From Octopus bimaculoides (lineage: Eukaryota), in contig NC_068981.1 of NCBI RefSeq assembly GCF_001194135.2, positions 113,996,872-114,060,871 on the forward strand: 64,000 nucleotides of DNA, in the 5' to 3' direction. Made by a program: the position numbers and the translations under genes. Positions 36,231-49,109 of the stretch are shown here, in pieces. How positions within the stretch are numbered: position 1 is the first letter of the stretch; every line of letters starts with the position of its first letter. The notes under the pieces were generated by a model. It saw only the letters and a program-made list of their open reading frames with translations. It made no database searches and was not told where the DNA came from.

Positions 36231-37083
36231 TTCCTAAGCACCCGTTCTCAGTTTCCTTCTATTCTATTTCACGTTATCGCTAATGTCATACTAACTTTAA
36301 TAGATTCTACTCTAATTGCTGATTTCAGTGTAAACCACCATATGTTTTTGACAACTGACCACGTCAACGCCTGCTTAACTATTTCGTTAATCTGTTCTAG
36401 TAGACGGGTTCCTGCCTAAAAAGCCTATTTAGGTCGATCATGCAGATCACAAACTTGTGGTCTGTGTAGCCGATAATTAAAAAAAGAAAGCGTACATCTT
36501 ATGCTATCCTTATCTACTGGCTTACATACTACTCTATTTAGACACGACTTAGATAACCTGATGCAAGTCTACACTGACACATTCGGTAGATCCAATTAGT
36601 ACCTAATTTTCAGCTGGAAACGTTTGAGCCAGTTTGCGAAACTTTTGCAAACCACCCTTCTAACAACAAGTCCTACACGTGTCTAAACGTGTGTCCAAGA
36701 CGGCTTTCCAGTAACCCAGTGGCACTTAAGGTTGTGACGTCTTCTGGAAACAACTATTGCTGTTGTTGTTGTTGCTATTGCTATTGTTGTTATTGTCGCT
36801 ACTGATGCTAGTGTTGCTTTTGCTACTACTACTGCTGATAGATTACTGTTCTTTTCCGACATCTTTCATTTTCAAACAGAAAATTGAGGGGCGTGTTTAC
36901 TAAACAAACACCAATTTAGCTCCTAAGGGCTACAGATGGAGAACTCAATCCAGCTCCCTAAGGTCCTGGTTAGTTTACCTATAAAAGGACAATAAATGTC
37001 CAAAATATAACCTTGTGTAATAACAAACTTACGTCAGTCATGTACAATACGTGTTGATAGACGAACAAACTAATAATAATAAT

Positions 37084-37279
37084 GATTTCAAATTTTGACT
37101 CAAGGCCAGCAATTTCGGATGAGGGGTTAAGTTGGCTGCTGTTCAACAAGTACTTATTTTATCGACCTCGAAGAATGATAGCCAAAGTCGATCTCGGTGG
37201 CTTGTGAACTCAGAACATAAAGATGGACGTGATGCCGCTATGCATTTAGTCCGGCGTGCTAACGATTCCGCCAGCTCGT
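37084..37279 (-). mobile_element. SINE B copy
   Basis: gtacttattttatcgacc...aaagtcgatctcgg...gaactcagaac...ccggcgtgctaacgattccgccagctcg, then (AAT)n. Confidence 0.85.
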
Positions 37280-37291
37280 TAATAATAATAA

Positions 37292-37360
<69 letters not shown>

Positions 37361-37384
37361 CAACAACAACAATAAGAGTAATAA

Positions 37385-38490
37385 TTTGTTAGGCGATCGA
37401 TAGAGTTAACATCATGTGGAATTTTTTGGGTGAAGGTTAACATCAGGAGAAGCGTATTTCTGGGATATAGTCTGTCGCCATTGCTGTTTGTGGTTTGTAT
37501 TATCCTCCGCACGCAGATATTACGGAAAATGACATCGGGGTACACCTTGAAAAAATGTGGAAAATTTAGATCAACTGTTATATATAGATGACTAAAAGAT
37601 CTTCGGTAAGTGTGAAAGTGAAATAAGTGGTCTGATTTCAACAATGGGATTTGGGATAAAAAGTGCGGTATGCCTATCATAAAAAAGAGGCAAAGTAGTA
37701 TCATCTGATGGTGTAGAACTACCGACGGTTAGAGAATTGAGAATGTTGAGATGGATGGTTATAAGTATCTGGATATTGATATGAAACGTTCAGAAATTAG
37801 CTCTGAGAACTAATTACACCAAGTCCCAGAGAGAGTAGTGAATCGCTCCTTTGTAGTTTGTGTGGCAGCAAAGATGAAACAGTTTCACATTTTGTGAGTG
37901 TAGCAAATTGGCTCATAAAGAATAGAAAAGGAGGCATGATAACGTAGCCTGGTGTGTACATTGGAGACTACGTAAGAAATAAGTCTTGAATGAACATTAA
38001 AATGGTATGAGCATAAACCAGATGGCGTCAGCAAGGATAATAAGTATAAGAACTTGTAAGGTTTTACAATCCAGTGTGATCCAGTGATTAAATCGGAAAC
38101 AAGACATTGTTGTAGCTGACAAAATGATGAAGAAAACCTGGCGATGTACGAGTGGATGAAAAAGAACTAAATAAGATTCAAAAGCACCAGCCACTAAAAG
38201 ATGAGATTGCACGAATGTGGGCAACGAAGAAAGTAACTATCATCCCAGTAGTTGTTGGGGCAGTGAGAGAGTTAACAAGATTTGACAAATTTATTGAAGA
38301 AATTGGGATTATCACCGGGATAGAACATGCTCAGAAAACAACTTTATTGGGGACAGTGAGGATTTTGAGATTGGTACTTCGATGTTAAGTATTGCGAGAC
38401 TCCGGGATCCTTGACAATAGGTTGTCAAGGACCTTACATACAATTAGCCGGAGCAAGTGAAATCAAAGAAGTGAAATGGAAAAAATACTA
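37385..38490 (+). mobile_element. R4/Dong-type LINE fragment E (RT core joined to RLE end, deleted)
   Basis: VNIRRSVFLGYSLSPLLFV, LYIDD*K, YKYL, IPVVVGA...QKTTLLGTVRILRLVL*. Starts after (AAT)n/(AAC)n at 37280-37375. Confidence 0.8.
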
Positions 38491-38819
38491 ATGATAATAT
38501 TCTCGGTTTGTTGCATGAATTAGCCATGCAGTTCCATTTATCCCATTTGTTCATTCAGTTGTTCTACTTTTTCTTTTTGAATTTTCTACTGTTTTACTCA
38601 CTTTTCGGCTATCTGTGGCTGCTGAAAATATTCTTTCCTTACTTTGTACAACATAATTTTCAGATCCAGTATCGCAGTACGAGCAGTGTCTTCTTCATTT
38701 AGTAATCCTCTACCACCTTCCCTTGTCAGATAAAGTCGGTCGGTATTAAGTATTGTGAGGGTGGAGTGCGTTGTGCATTGTGGGCAGCTTCCTGGCTATT
38801 CTATTCAAGTTCGGCTGTT

Positions 38820-39540
38820 AGATTCCCAACGTAGTTTATGGCTTTGATTGACGGACAGGAACTTGAAACATTAATTATATCAGCTCAGAAGCAAGACTTT
38901 AGAACTTATCTGATAAAAACAAAGATCGACAAAACTCACAGTAAACGCAGAATCTGCAGGAAAGGAGACGAGAGTACCAATCACATTTTGAGTGCGCCCA
39001 GTACACTAGCACAAAAGGAGTTTAAGCGCAGATATGGCTGTGTAGGTAAGAAAAGCATTGAGATTTTAGCTGTGGGTGTGGCTTCAAAACAATAGAAAAC
39101 TGGTATGAACATGAACCAGAAACTTTGATAAGAAAATGAGAATTACAAGATCGTGTGGGACTTCGTCATAAAGACTGACCGTACTACTGAGGCAAGAAAA
39201 CTAGACATGGACAAAGTAGAAGACGAAGTAAACAAACTGCAAGACCATAGCTTTTGCAAATCGCTATGATAGCGCAGTCGACACCAAAGAAATGGTAAAA
39301 ATGAGAAATATCAGTACCTAGTCAGAGAGCTTATGAGACCATGGAAGACCAAAGCAGTTATTCCTGCAATAACTGGCCCACAACACTCCAAAGTAATTGG
39401 AATTGAAACTCGCATTGTCGATATGAAGAAAAGCACCATTCTATATCCTGCATGATTCCTAAGAATGATTCATCAAACCTCAAGATAAAATACCTGCAAA
39501 CTAAATTAGCATGCACTAGCGTAAGAATAATAATAAGTAT
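38820..39540 (+). mobile_element. R4/Dong-type LINE 3' fragment
   Basis: IISAQKQDFRTYLIKTKID..RICRKGDESTNHILS..LAQKEFKRR, WYEHEPE, WDF. Confidence 0.7.
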
Positions 39541-39564
39541 ATATTTTTTATCTTTTTCTTGTTT

Positions 39565-39950
39565 CACTCATTCGACTGCGGCCATGCTGGGGTACTGTCT
39601 CGAATGGTGCAGTTAAACAAATCGCCCAAGTACTTAATTTCTCTTTTTAAAATTCTGGTAGCTATTCTATTGGCTTTGTTGTTGGGGACATTCACAAAAC
39701 AGCAGCTATAGTAAAGTGGTAGGAAGCGTGACAAACACAAATACACACAAGCACGTACACACGCACACACACACTTACGTTTACATGAAGGGTCTCCACC
39801 CATTTTCCGTCTACCAATTCATTCACAAGACGTAAGTCAGCCTTGGGGAGAGAGTAGTAGATACTTACCCTAGCTGCCGTATAGTGGTACTGAACCCGAC
39901 ACTACTCGGTAGCAAACCGAACTTCTTAAACACACAGCCACGCCTGCGCC
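39565..39950 (-). mobile_element. Decayed full-length SINE A
   Basis: cactcattcgactgcggccatgctgg...ttttccgtctaccaattcattcacaag...actgaacccg...cacacagccacgcctgcgcc. Confidence 0.8.
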
Positions 39951-40548
39951 TGCAATGATCTTTTTATTCATAGAAAACTGATTAGCATTTATATTCATTA
40001 CATGAAGTGTTTAATGAAAATATCAACAATATCGAGATTGATTCAGAGAATAAAAATAGCAAAACTAATTATTGTTGTATAAAATTTTCTGAGATTTCTC
40101 AAATATTAAACCATATCAATATTTTTGTTGAGGACAATTAATACTATGAATATAATCTATTTCAGTTGTAGACGTTTTCCTTTCTTATATTACAATATCA
40201 AAATTATGATTTCCTATTAAAAAGGAATAATGAACTAATTGTGTACTAATTTGATGCTTTTGTTAATATAGCTAAACTAATATCATATATGTTTAAGTTT
40301 GCTAACATGAAGTTACTCAATAAATCATAAAATACATAATCAAGCTGGTTTTTAAACTTGAGACCAAATTTTCTAATGCTTTAGAGGTGTTTATGGAGTA
40401 TAAAAAAAATTATTCCGACCATAATCTCCATTTTCGATTAAATAGCACAGCCTTCTTGAGTCAGGGTACAAAATAAGATATGACGTCGATTTACTTAAAA
40501 ATATGTAGCTTTTTCAACATGATAATTATTGCTTTTCTAGCAGTACGT

Positions 40549-40579
<31 letters not shown>

Positions 40580-41849
40580 CAGCAGCAGCACTACAGCAGC
40601 AGCAGATGCTGTAATAGCAGTGCAGCAGCAGCAGTAGCAGTATCAGTAGCTGCAACATTTACAATAGAAGTAGTAGTAGTAGTAGTAGTATCGTTACTGG
40701 TTTAGTGTAAGTGTATCATTATCCAGTTAGACTTTGGAGACCCATTTTACCCTCTTTTGTAATTTGACAGACGTTGGGAAACTTTAAGCTGATGAATTAA
40801 ACGATTATCCATAAACACACTGTAACGACAACTTCAGTGAATGTGAACTTATAATATTCGAGTCATTAGATTCTTTATTCATTTAGTAATTTCTCATCTA
40901 AGCTACACATTTAGGGCAGCCAAATTCCATAGTGAAACAATAGATTTTCAAGCTATCATAGATGATAAAAGAAAACAATATTAATCATTTTTAGACTAAT
41001 TGAATATCACAATTGACCGAGTTGCGAAATCTAAATGCTCGTAAAGACACCCTAGATACTTGGTACCTTACATTCTAAAGATACACGAGAAAATATGTTC
41101 ACAGACTTGTTACATGTAAACACACACCACTGCATGTAAGAAATTTGTAAGATATTTCTTTCATCATTTAGCATAAATGACTCATTGTGATAAGCATCCG
41201 GTATCATATTCACTATCGAATAGAAGTACTAGATTAATTAAAGAACTATGATAGTGCTCGAAGCTGTTTACTAACTATCATTACATCACATAAATTGTAT
41301 CTTCGGTAATAATTTTTGCCGAATTACTTCTTCAATTTAATATATCTACATGTGTGAGTTAAACACTTGCTGTATTTGAAGTTGTAACTTCTGTTTAACA
41401 GCTCATTATTCTGTCATATTTAATTAACATCATTACACTTCAATTGATTATTTGTTTGCATGAAAGTCAGTTTAGTGTTTCTTTTCAAAGAAACAAATTG
41501 ACTTTCAAGAACTAAAGTGGATATCATTCGCCTCCTTGAATGTCATTAAAAGATACCTATTATTTGATTTGTGAGTTGCATTTGTTCACCGAAGACTACA
41601 CTACAGTTGTAAGCAGGTTTTTCCACGTATTTCGCACAAACGGAAGTCATGACTTGGAAGAGATGCATTCTAAGCTTAGTTGTAGCAATAGAGATAAAGA
41701 ATATGGTCTACCAAACTTCAAGAAAGTCATACATGAGCTATCAAAAATGTATCCTCAAACGAATCATTTTCACGAAAATAATCATGAAATGAAAGAATGC
41801 TTTCGTACATCGAACAGATGTAATCTCACTCACCAAAGTGCAGATGAAT

Positions 41850-43000
41850 CACAGATCTTCAAGAACTTGGTAGCATCTTCCTATACGCCACTCTCCATCT
41901 GTAAATGTCTCTGTACTAATAGTGTAGATAAAGCAACCATATTTTCAATCTCGTTTGCCGTCTCCGTTTACAACATTTTAACAGCTTAATCTGCCCTGAC
42001 TCTCTTCCATTACTCTTTTTTTTTATATATATGAACCAATAATTTTCAGTATATTTTTTATCTGTTGGAATTTATCTCAGAACCTTATGCTACCAACTAC
42101 GGATCCATTTTCCTTTACAAGCCACACCCCAAATGTGGTTGATACAAGGTTCAATGACTACGATCTTAGTAAAAGGAAGGTTTTTGTCCTTTGCGTTGAT
42201 AAGTTATTCGTTACAGTGTGGTGAGACATGAGAATATACTATCTTACTTGTCCGATTACGCGTTCCATCTTCTTCACATCACCTGGACCGGAAGTATCTT
42301 GCAATACTATCCCATTTTAGTTATAATGCTTACTAATAAACTGGATGGTCATCAAGCTTTGAATGGGTTCCCGTACACCATTTTATGGCTATTTATGCCA
42401 ACCTTGTTTTTTTTAATGCCAGCATCTCAACTGTATTGATAATGCCACATTTCAATCCTACTTAACCTTCTCAGAACATGTATCACACCACGCGTGAGAT
42501 AGACGCTACAGGCTGTATGTGTATGAACAACACCAAATAAACCGTAACACGAATATTCAAAAAAACTGTTTTTACACAATTTTGGACAACACAACTAAAA
42601 TTCAAACTCGTTACAAATTTTAAAGTTTACAATGATCCGTCCTTAATCACATGTGAGGTTAGGTAAAATCAGGTCCTGCTACATACTTCCTCTTCAACGC
42701 CAGAAATTTGCCCAGTCCTAATCAAGTATTGATTCTATATAGACTCCATATTCATGTCCTGCTCATATATAGGTATCGGACAATATTATTGCTATACTTG
42801 TTATTATCTTGACCATATTGAAAGGAAGATTATTCGACTGTCAGCAAAAACCCACTCGCCGACAGGCTATCACTTTTTCTCTGTACAACCTAGACTGTAA
42901 AAGTAATGAACATGTCACTTTAAGTTCAATGTCTACACACTTTCTTGATCAAATCCAATCTGTCACTTCGTTGCTTCTTTTGTTTTTCACTTTGCCTAGT
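41850..43000 (+). mobile_element. Highly decayed L2/CR1-group (APE-type) LINE RT remnant
   Basis: SYTPL..DKATIFSISFA; FLFNARNLPSPNQVLILYRLHIHVLL; LDHIERKIIRL; PTRRQAITFSLY resemble the RT C-terminal region of this group (recognised from memory). Confidence 0.45.
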
Positions 43001-43171
43001 ACTGTATCTTTTGAAATTCTTTCACCACCAAAGTGTTTCCTTTAGAATTCAGTTAATTTCTATTATCGGTTTTTAAAATATTGTTTTAACAATTCCTAGA
43101 AACATACATGCGCTCATATTTGTTATTTTGTATCTTCAGTAAAACATTGTTATTAAAGTTCTTCCGTATAG

Positions 43172-43251
43172 CAATTGCTGCAGAATTAAGCTCTCTGCGG
43201 GGGGATTACACAGCATCCATTTTATTACACAAAAGATTATATTTCTCTTGG
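43172..43251 (+). CDS. Candidate internal exon (xIAAELSSLRGDYTASILLHKRLYFSW), unidentified
   Basis: Acceptor aagttcttccgtatag, donor TGG|GTAAGT, 80 nt open, phase 1 to 0. Confidence 0.4.
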
Positions 43252-44555
43252 GTAAGTGTGAACGTGTAACGTATATGAATTACTCACCCTAAAAATGAAA
43301 AATTGGTTACTTGTAACAATATATTCTATTGATATATTCTAGTTTTCTTGTATTGCAACTATTCCGATGTATTACTGCACAACTGATTTATTTGACGCTT
43401 TCCTTTTTTTTTTTTTGGTTTTATGAATTTAAGATTACAAATAGGAAAGGAATAGATGGGAAATTTCTCATTGATATAATGGTTGCATAAATTGATTCAG
43501 ATACTGAAATATAGTTTCAAATAACGTGTAGACGGAGTATAGATTATTATTTTTTTTTTGTAAACTAAATCAAAATATTCTTGCAAATAGTTGTGAAAAT
43601 AATAAGAAATCTCAAAGGAAATTGAAATTTGCTGCTAAAAAGCATCCGGAAATTGTATGAAAATATTTTCTGAGAATTGTTACAAAATCGGATTGAATGT
43701 TAATCAAAATTTCGATTCATCAATTTATGCATTCCTATAAATATGTAGATTTTCATGTATTAGAGTTAGAATATCGAATTGTAAATGAATCGCAATTTAT
43801 GTTCTTGTATTATAAGAGACTGGATATAAGTTGTAAACATCTAGCAGTTTTGATTTGTCAAGTAGCGAATCATTTATTTATTCGAATGCTTAGAGTAAAT
43901 TCTCTCTGATATCAGTTACTTTCATTAATTCATTCTTTAACTCATTTGAATGGAAAGAAGTGTACTGAAGATGTTCTTTTATTTTACTTTTAGTGGTTTA
44001 AGTCACTGGTCTAAGGTCATGATGGTGTATCATCTTCATACTGAGAAGTAGTTAGTACTGAAAAATACTGTGTATTTTCCATAGGAATGAAATATCCTGC
44101 ATGAAAGTAGATGTAAAAAACTGCGTTTTTCGCGGATGCTTAGAACGTGTAAATCTATCGTCAGTGGAATTTCCTAACTGCTATGAAACAACCAAATGTC
44201 CCTCAAATCATAACCTACCCACTTAAAAGACGAAGGACACATGAGATAATGAATGGGAAAATTTAATAAAAGACGGGATAGTCGTAGCTGGAATGTTTTT
44301 AGTTGTAAGTGTACTCAATCCGATTTATCTAAGCTTATTAACACCATCACAGAACGTGATGTATAAACTGCTAGCGTTGTTCAGTGCAATACCACAGGAG
44401 TTCAACAGGCCCTGTACATTCAAAATTTTTTACATAAACCAATACTGCAGCATGATGGTAACAGAAACTCCCGGACGTATCCAATTTATCGGAATATTAG
44501 ATAATATTTTATACAGATTGGATGATGCGGTGAAACTATTTGCGAGCTGTATTAC

Positions 44556-44628
44556 CTTGATTTGTATAAAATGATATAATGATATAAAATCATTACACTC
44601 AAGTTCAACTTCCGTTCCACACAGATCT
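44556..44628 (-). CDS. Candidate exon (DLCGTEVELECNDFISLYHFIQIK), phase-compatible with 45017-45117
   Basis: Acceptor ...aattattgcaag, donor AAG|GTAATA; a phase-2 start completes the Arg codon begun by the upstream candidate. Confidence 0.3.
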
Positions 44629-45016
44629 CTTGCAATAATTAATTTTGAATAAAGAAACACAGATATATGCAAGTTGGTGGAAAATACATTAAAGTTAAAA
44701 AGTAAATAATTTTCAATTAATATTCAGTAAAGAATATGCATTATTTTGCCATTTTTACTCTCATTCGGAAAATCATTCACTCCAGCGTCTTTCCGATCCT
44801 AAGCTTGCCGGATTAGCGAGGTTCAACCTGTACTAATAACCGCTATAGTACTCTTGCAATTATAAATGTCAACAGTGCTGAAATACTAACACTAAGAGAA
44901 GAACTCATGGTAAAAAGGTGACACTTAATATTCAATATAGTATGGAAAAAAGTACGAAAAGACTGAACCTATTTGCTGGTAACACCAATATAGAGCGAAT
45001 TTTCCTTTATCAATAC

Positions 45017-45117
45017 CGTAAAGAGTTTTCTGCATAATCCCCTTTGCGGAACACCAAAAGCCCTTGCTCTTCAGCTTTAATGGCTTTAAAACGACTTTCG
45101 ATATGATCAACAAGCTC
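45017..45117 (-). CDS. Candidate exon (ELVDHIESRFKAIKAEEQGLLVFRKGDYAENSLR), unidentified
   Basis: Acceptor actgtcaactttcag, donor ACG|GTATTG, 101 nt open, phase 0 to 2. Confidence 0.35.
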
Positions 45118-45889
45118 CTGAAAGTTGACAGTGATAGTTGTAGACACAATGATTATTGCTATACTACCATACTGTGCGTACTGTGCCTGTATCATGGTCA
45201 TCAATGGTCCACAGACAGATCGGTTTAAACTGCGCATGTGTATGAAATAAAGTAGTTTGTTATCTTATTGAATATGCATTGAACATTTTGCACTCTCAGA
45301 CACCCCGTCCATAGATATTAGATACGCTGACTACACAGCACTATGTCCAACTGAGAAACTGAAAATACCTACAAAAGAGATAAAAGAATTGTAGAAGAAA
45401 TGAAGCAAGAAACAAATGGTGCAATGTGTAAGATCCTGATGCCTATCAAAAAATGAACACACCAGATGATCTAAAGTAAATCATGTTACAGTACTTGTGT
45501 TTCTTGGGAGTGTAGTTTCAAACGTACCAGATGTAAAATGAATGAACTAATTTGCAGCTTTTGAAACTTTGAGAATCATGATCTGAAATAGGCGAGATAT
45601 CAATCAACTAATCTTAGTTGTAGAAGTTCTTTGCTTTCTCGATCGCAACTTATGTGTTGAAAATGTCGAACCCCAAAGCAGATGATGCACGCAGACCAAA
45701 GATATGATTGAGACCGGTGTAAAAATTCATCGTTGTAACAGCTTTTTATACGACATGCTCTATTAGCGAGGTAACAGACGGAAAAGATGAAAATGTTTCG
45801 GCCGTGAAATAAGATGGTTTTGTCAAGTTTTCGTAGATAGGCCACTCGGGTCTATGACAACAACTATGCCATTCAGTGGAGAGTAGATA

Positions 45890-46250
45890 TGCAATCAAAG
45901 CCATGCCACCAGAACATCTTTAATATCGCCAAAGCGAACTTACCGATCCTTGCACAAAGTAAGGAATTGAGAAATATCATTACAGATCAAAATATAACTC
46001 TCAGTAAGAGACAACCTAAAAACTTGAAAAAACTATTAACAAAGGCAAGGTTTGACCTCAGCAACAAAAATCAAACATTCACTGTATCCAAATGCAATGA
46101 TAGCCGATGCAGTACATGCCGATCAATCCATACCGGCCCATATATGAACACAAAAACAGGGAAAATATTCACCAATGCGAACATGAACTGCAAAAGTAGA
46201 AATCTAATCTACTGCATCAAATGCCCCAATTGTGAAGAACTGTACGTTGG
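45890..46250 (+). mobile_element. Penelope-like element fragment (linker + start of GIY-YIG), runs into gap
   Basis: KRQPKNLKKLLTKARF...KCNDSRCSTC...NMNCKSRNLIYCIKCPNCEELYVG. Confidence 0.85.
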
Positions 46251-47193
46251 NNNNNNNNNNNNNNNNNNNNNNNNNNNNNNNNNNNNNNNNNNNNNNNNNN
46301 NNNNNNNNNNNNNNNNNNNNNNNNNNNNNNNNNNNNNNNNNNNNNNNNNNNNNNNNNNNNNNNNNNNNNNNNNNNNNNNNNNNNNNNNNNNNNNNNNNNN
46401 NNNNNNNNNNNNNNNNNNNNNNNNNNNNNNNNNNNNNNNNNNNNNNNNNNNNNNNNNNNNNNNNNNNNNNNNNNNNNNNNNNNNNNNNNNNNNNNNNNNN
46501 NNNNNNNNNNNNNNNNNNNNNNNNNNNNNNNNNNNNNNNNNNNNNNNNNNNNNNNNNNNNNNNNNNNNNNNNNNNNNNNNNNNNNNNNNNNNNNNNNNNN
46601 NNNNNNNNNNNNNNNNNNNNNNNNNNNNNNNNNNNNNNNNNNNNNNNNNNNNNNNNNNNNNNNNNNNNNNNNNNNNNNNNNNNNNNNNNNNNNNNNNNNN
46701 NNNNNNNNNNNNNNNNNNNNNNNNNNNNNNNNNNNNNNNNNNNNNNNNNNNNNNNNNNNNNNNNNNNNNNNNNNNNNNNNNNNNNNNNNNNNNNNNNNNN
46801 NNNNNNNNNNNNNNNNNNNNNNNNNNNNNNNNNNNNNNNNNNNNNNNNNNNNNNNNNNNNNNNNNNNNNNNNNNNNNNNNNNNNNNNNNNNNNNNNNNNN
46901 NNNNNNNNNNNNNNNNNNNNNNNNNNNNNNNNNNNNNNNNNNNNNNNNNNNNNNNNNNNNNNNNNNNNNNNNNNNNNNNNNNNNNNNNNNNNNNNNNNNN
47001 NNNNNNNNNNNNNNNNNNNNNNNNNNNNNNNNNNNNNNNNNNNNNNNNNNNNNNNNNNNNNNNNNNNNNNNNNNNNNNNNNNNNNNNNNNNNNNNNNNNN
47101 NNNNNNNNNNNNNNNNNNNNNNNNNNNNNNNNNNNNNNNNNNNNNNNNNNNNNNNNNNNNNNNNNNNNNNNNNNNNNNNNNNNNNNNNNNNNN

Positions 47194-47246
<53 letters not shown>

Positions 47247-47369
47247 GAGAATATTGTAGTTCGCTTGAAGCATTGTGTATTGTTTGTGAATATAACATAT
47301 CTTGAATGGCACAACAATGCAGAGTGGACTATAATAACTATTATAATTTGATTAGTCATAGACTGATAT

Positions 47370-47411
47370 GATATAATATTTCGGAATATAAAATTTCCTT
47401 CTTCAGATATC
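47370..47411 (-). ncRNA. Minimal type I hammerhead ribozyme motif (family H2), intact
   Basis: RC gatat CTGAAGA a ggaa-attttata-ttcc GAAA tat t atatc. Stem I 5 bp, stem II 4 bp. Confidence 0.8.
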
Positions 47412-47581
47412 GATAGGAATTGATAGCATCTCTGCAGTGGTCTCACGAAGCACCTTCCGCAATTCCTCATGAGAAGTGCGTGAGGGCGGCTATGTCTCAA
47501 CCTCGTGTGTGTTGGCATATCCGCAGCGCTGCTTCTAAGTTATGTATTATACGTGTAGTTTTTTTAAATATTATACATGAG

Positions 47582-48018
47582 CGTGGAGGCGCAATGGCCC
47601 AATGGTTAGGGCAGCGGACTCGCGGTCATAGGATCGCGGTTTCGATTCCTAGACCGGGCGTTGTGAGTGTTTATTGAGCGAAAATACCTAAAGCTCCACG
47701 AGGNNNNNNNNNNTTGTGAGTGTTTATTGAGCGAAAATACCTAAAGCTCCACGAGGCTCCGGCAGGGTATGGTGGCGAACCCTGCTATACTCTTCCACCA
47801 CAACTTTCTCTTACTTCCTGTTTCTGTTGTGCCTGTCATTCAAGAGGTCAGCCTTGTCATACTGTGTCACGCTGAATATCCCCGAGAGCTGCATTAGGGG
47901 TACACGTGTCTGTGGAGTGCTCAGCCACTTGCACGTTAATTTCACGAGCAGGCTGTTCCGTTGATCGGATCAACTGGAACCCTCGACGTCGTAAGCGACG
48001 GAGTGCCAACAACAACAC
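47582..48018 (+). mobile_element. SINE family C (tRNA-Arg-like head, Octopus OR-like) with TSD
   Basis: A box tggcccaatgg, B box ggtttcgattcc; 3' ...gtgctcagccacttgcacg...gacggagtgcc(AAC)n; TSD acatgag at 47575-47581 and 48019-48025. Confidence 0.9.
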
Positions 48019-48101
48019 ACATGAGTATGTTACCAGAAATGAACTTACACGCATCCAGATGTAGCTCTAATAATACATTGTTTGATAATTTNNNNNNNNN
48101 N

Positions 48102-48134
<33 letters not shown>

Positions 48135-49109
48135 CATACACACATATATATGCACACATGAGAGTATAGGCGCATATGTGTGTAATTGTGTGTGCGCGCA
48201 CACGTATGTATGTATATGTATAAACACCGAACACGTAGGGTATCAATTTAAGTCTAACCACATGAATCTTTATATCATTATTTGGAATTTCCTGGAATAA
48301 TTTTAATGACCTTATATTCATTTGACTGGAATGAATAATGCTTTCTCGAATGCATTCACTTTGGAAATAAAAATCTATGAACTGATATTGTTGAAATTCA
48401 GGGTTATTATTTTTAAGATGTAGTTTATAACTGGAAGAATTGCATTTTCATTCTCTTCGTTGTGTATCAGTTTTCGCATTATTCTAATTCTTTTGTTTGT
48501 TGTAATATATCAGTTTCATCTAATTTGACCCATTGTATTTCTAATGCTTTGATTTTTAACATCTAAATTCTAACTTTTCAGATTTATTAAATTCATATTG
48601 TAGATTTAGGTAATTTGTTGAACCTTGTATGATGTTCTCAGCTTGATTAATGTATGATTTAGTCGGTTTTTCAGTCGGTTATTTGATCTAAATCTTCCAT
48701 GTATACGATATCGTTCGTAAACTATTCGTAGCAAGTAAAATATTAGTAGCTTCATTCAGAAAATGGAATAAAGTTAATGAAAAGAAGAATGAGGACAAGG
48801 GGTTTGTTTGATGAATTTTACTTCCCATGAGTTTAGAGATATTTTTATGACGTTCTCTTTGCCTTACTTTTCATTTCAATATAGTTTGTTCGATACATTC
48901 TAATAAAATCAATACTATTTTATTTACCAGTAATGTCTCCACTATCCATGCTGCCAAAAGTTCTTCGATAACCGATCCATATCTTGACTATATTTTGTTT
49001 CTTTTTGCTGTTTCATTAATTTCCCGATACACCAATTGAATTTTGATGCCCCCTTTTCTCTTGTGATAAGATGTTATTATTCATAACCAGTATGTTATGG
49101 AATAAGGGC

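Larger units (their letters stand above)
47245..48090 (-). mobile_element. Pseudo-LTR/3' region of the same Penelope family as 11720-12725, interrupted by SINE C
   Basis: 47245-47581 aligns with 11740-12090 and RC of 12540-12720; resumes at 48026 (acacgcatccagat..agct, cf. 12205-12230). Confidence 0.8.

Noticed and set aside
36870-37060. TATAAAAG plus AATAAA as a solo LTR or promoter
   Set aside because: No TG...CA ends, TSD or second copy; both motifs are common in AT-rich DNA.
41540-41989. 149-aa ORF
   Set aside because: No recognisable domain; its 3' part overlaps decayed LINE sequence.
47661-47756. 43-bp direct repeat inside SINE C
   Set aside because: Identical copies flank a 10-N gap: contig-overlap assembly artefact.
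48400-49100. Possible decayed Penelope RT
   Set aside because: Only vague resemblance; no intact motif.
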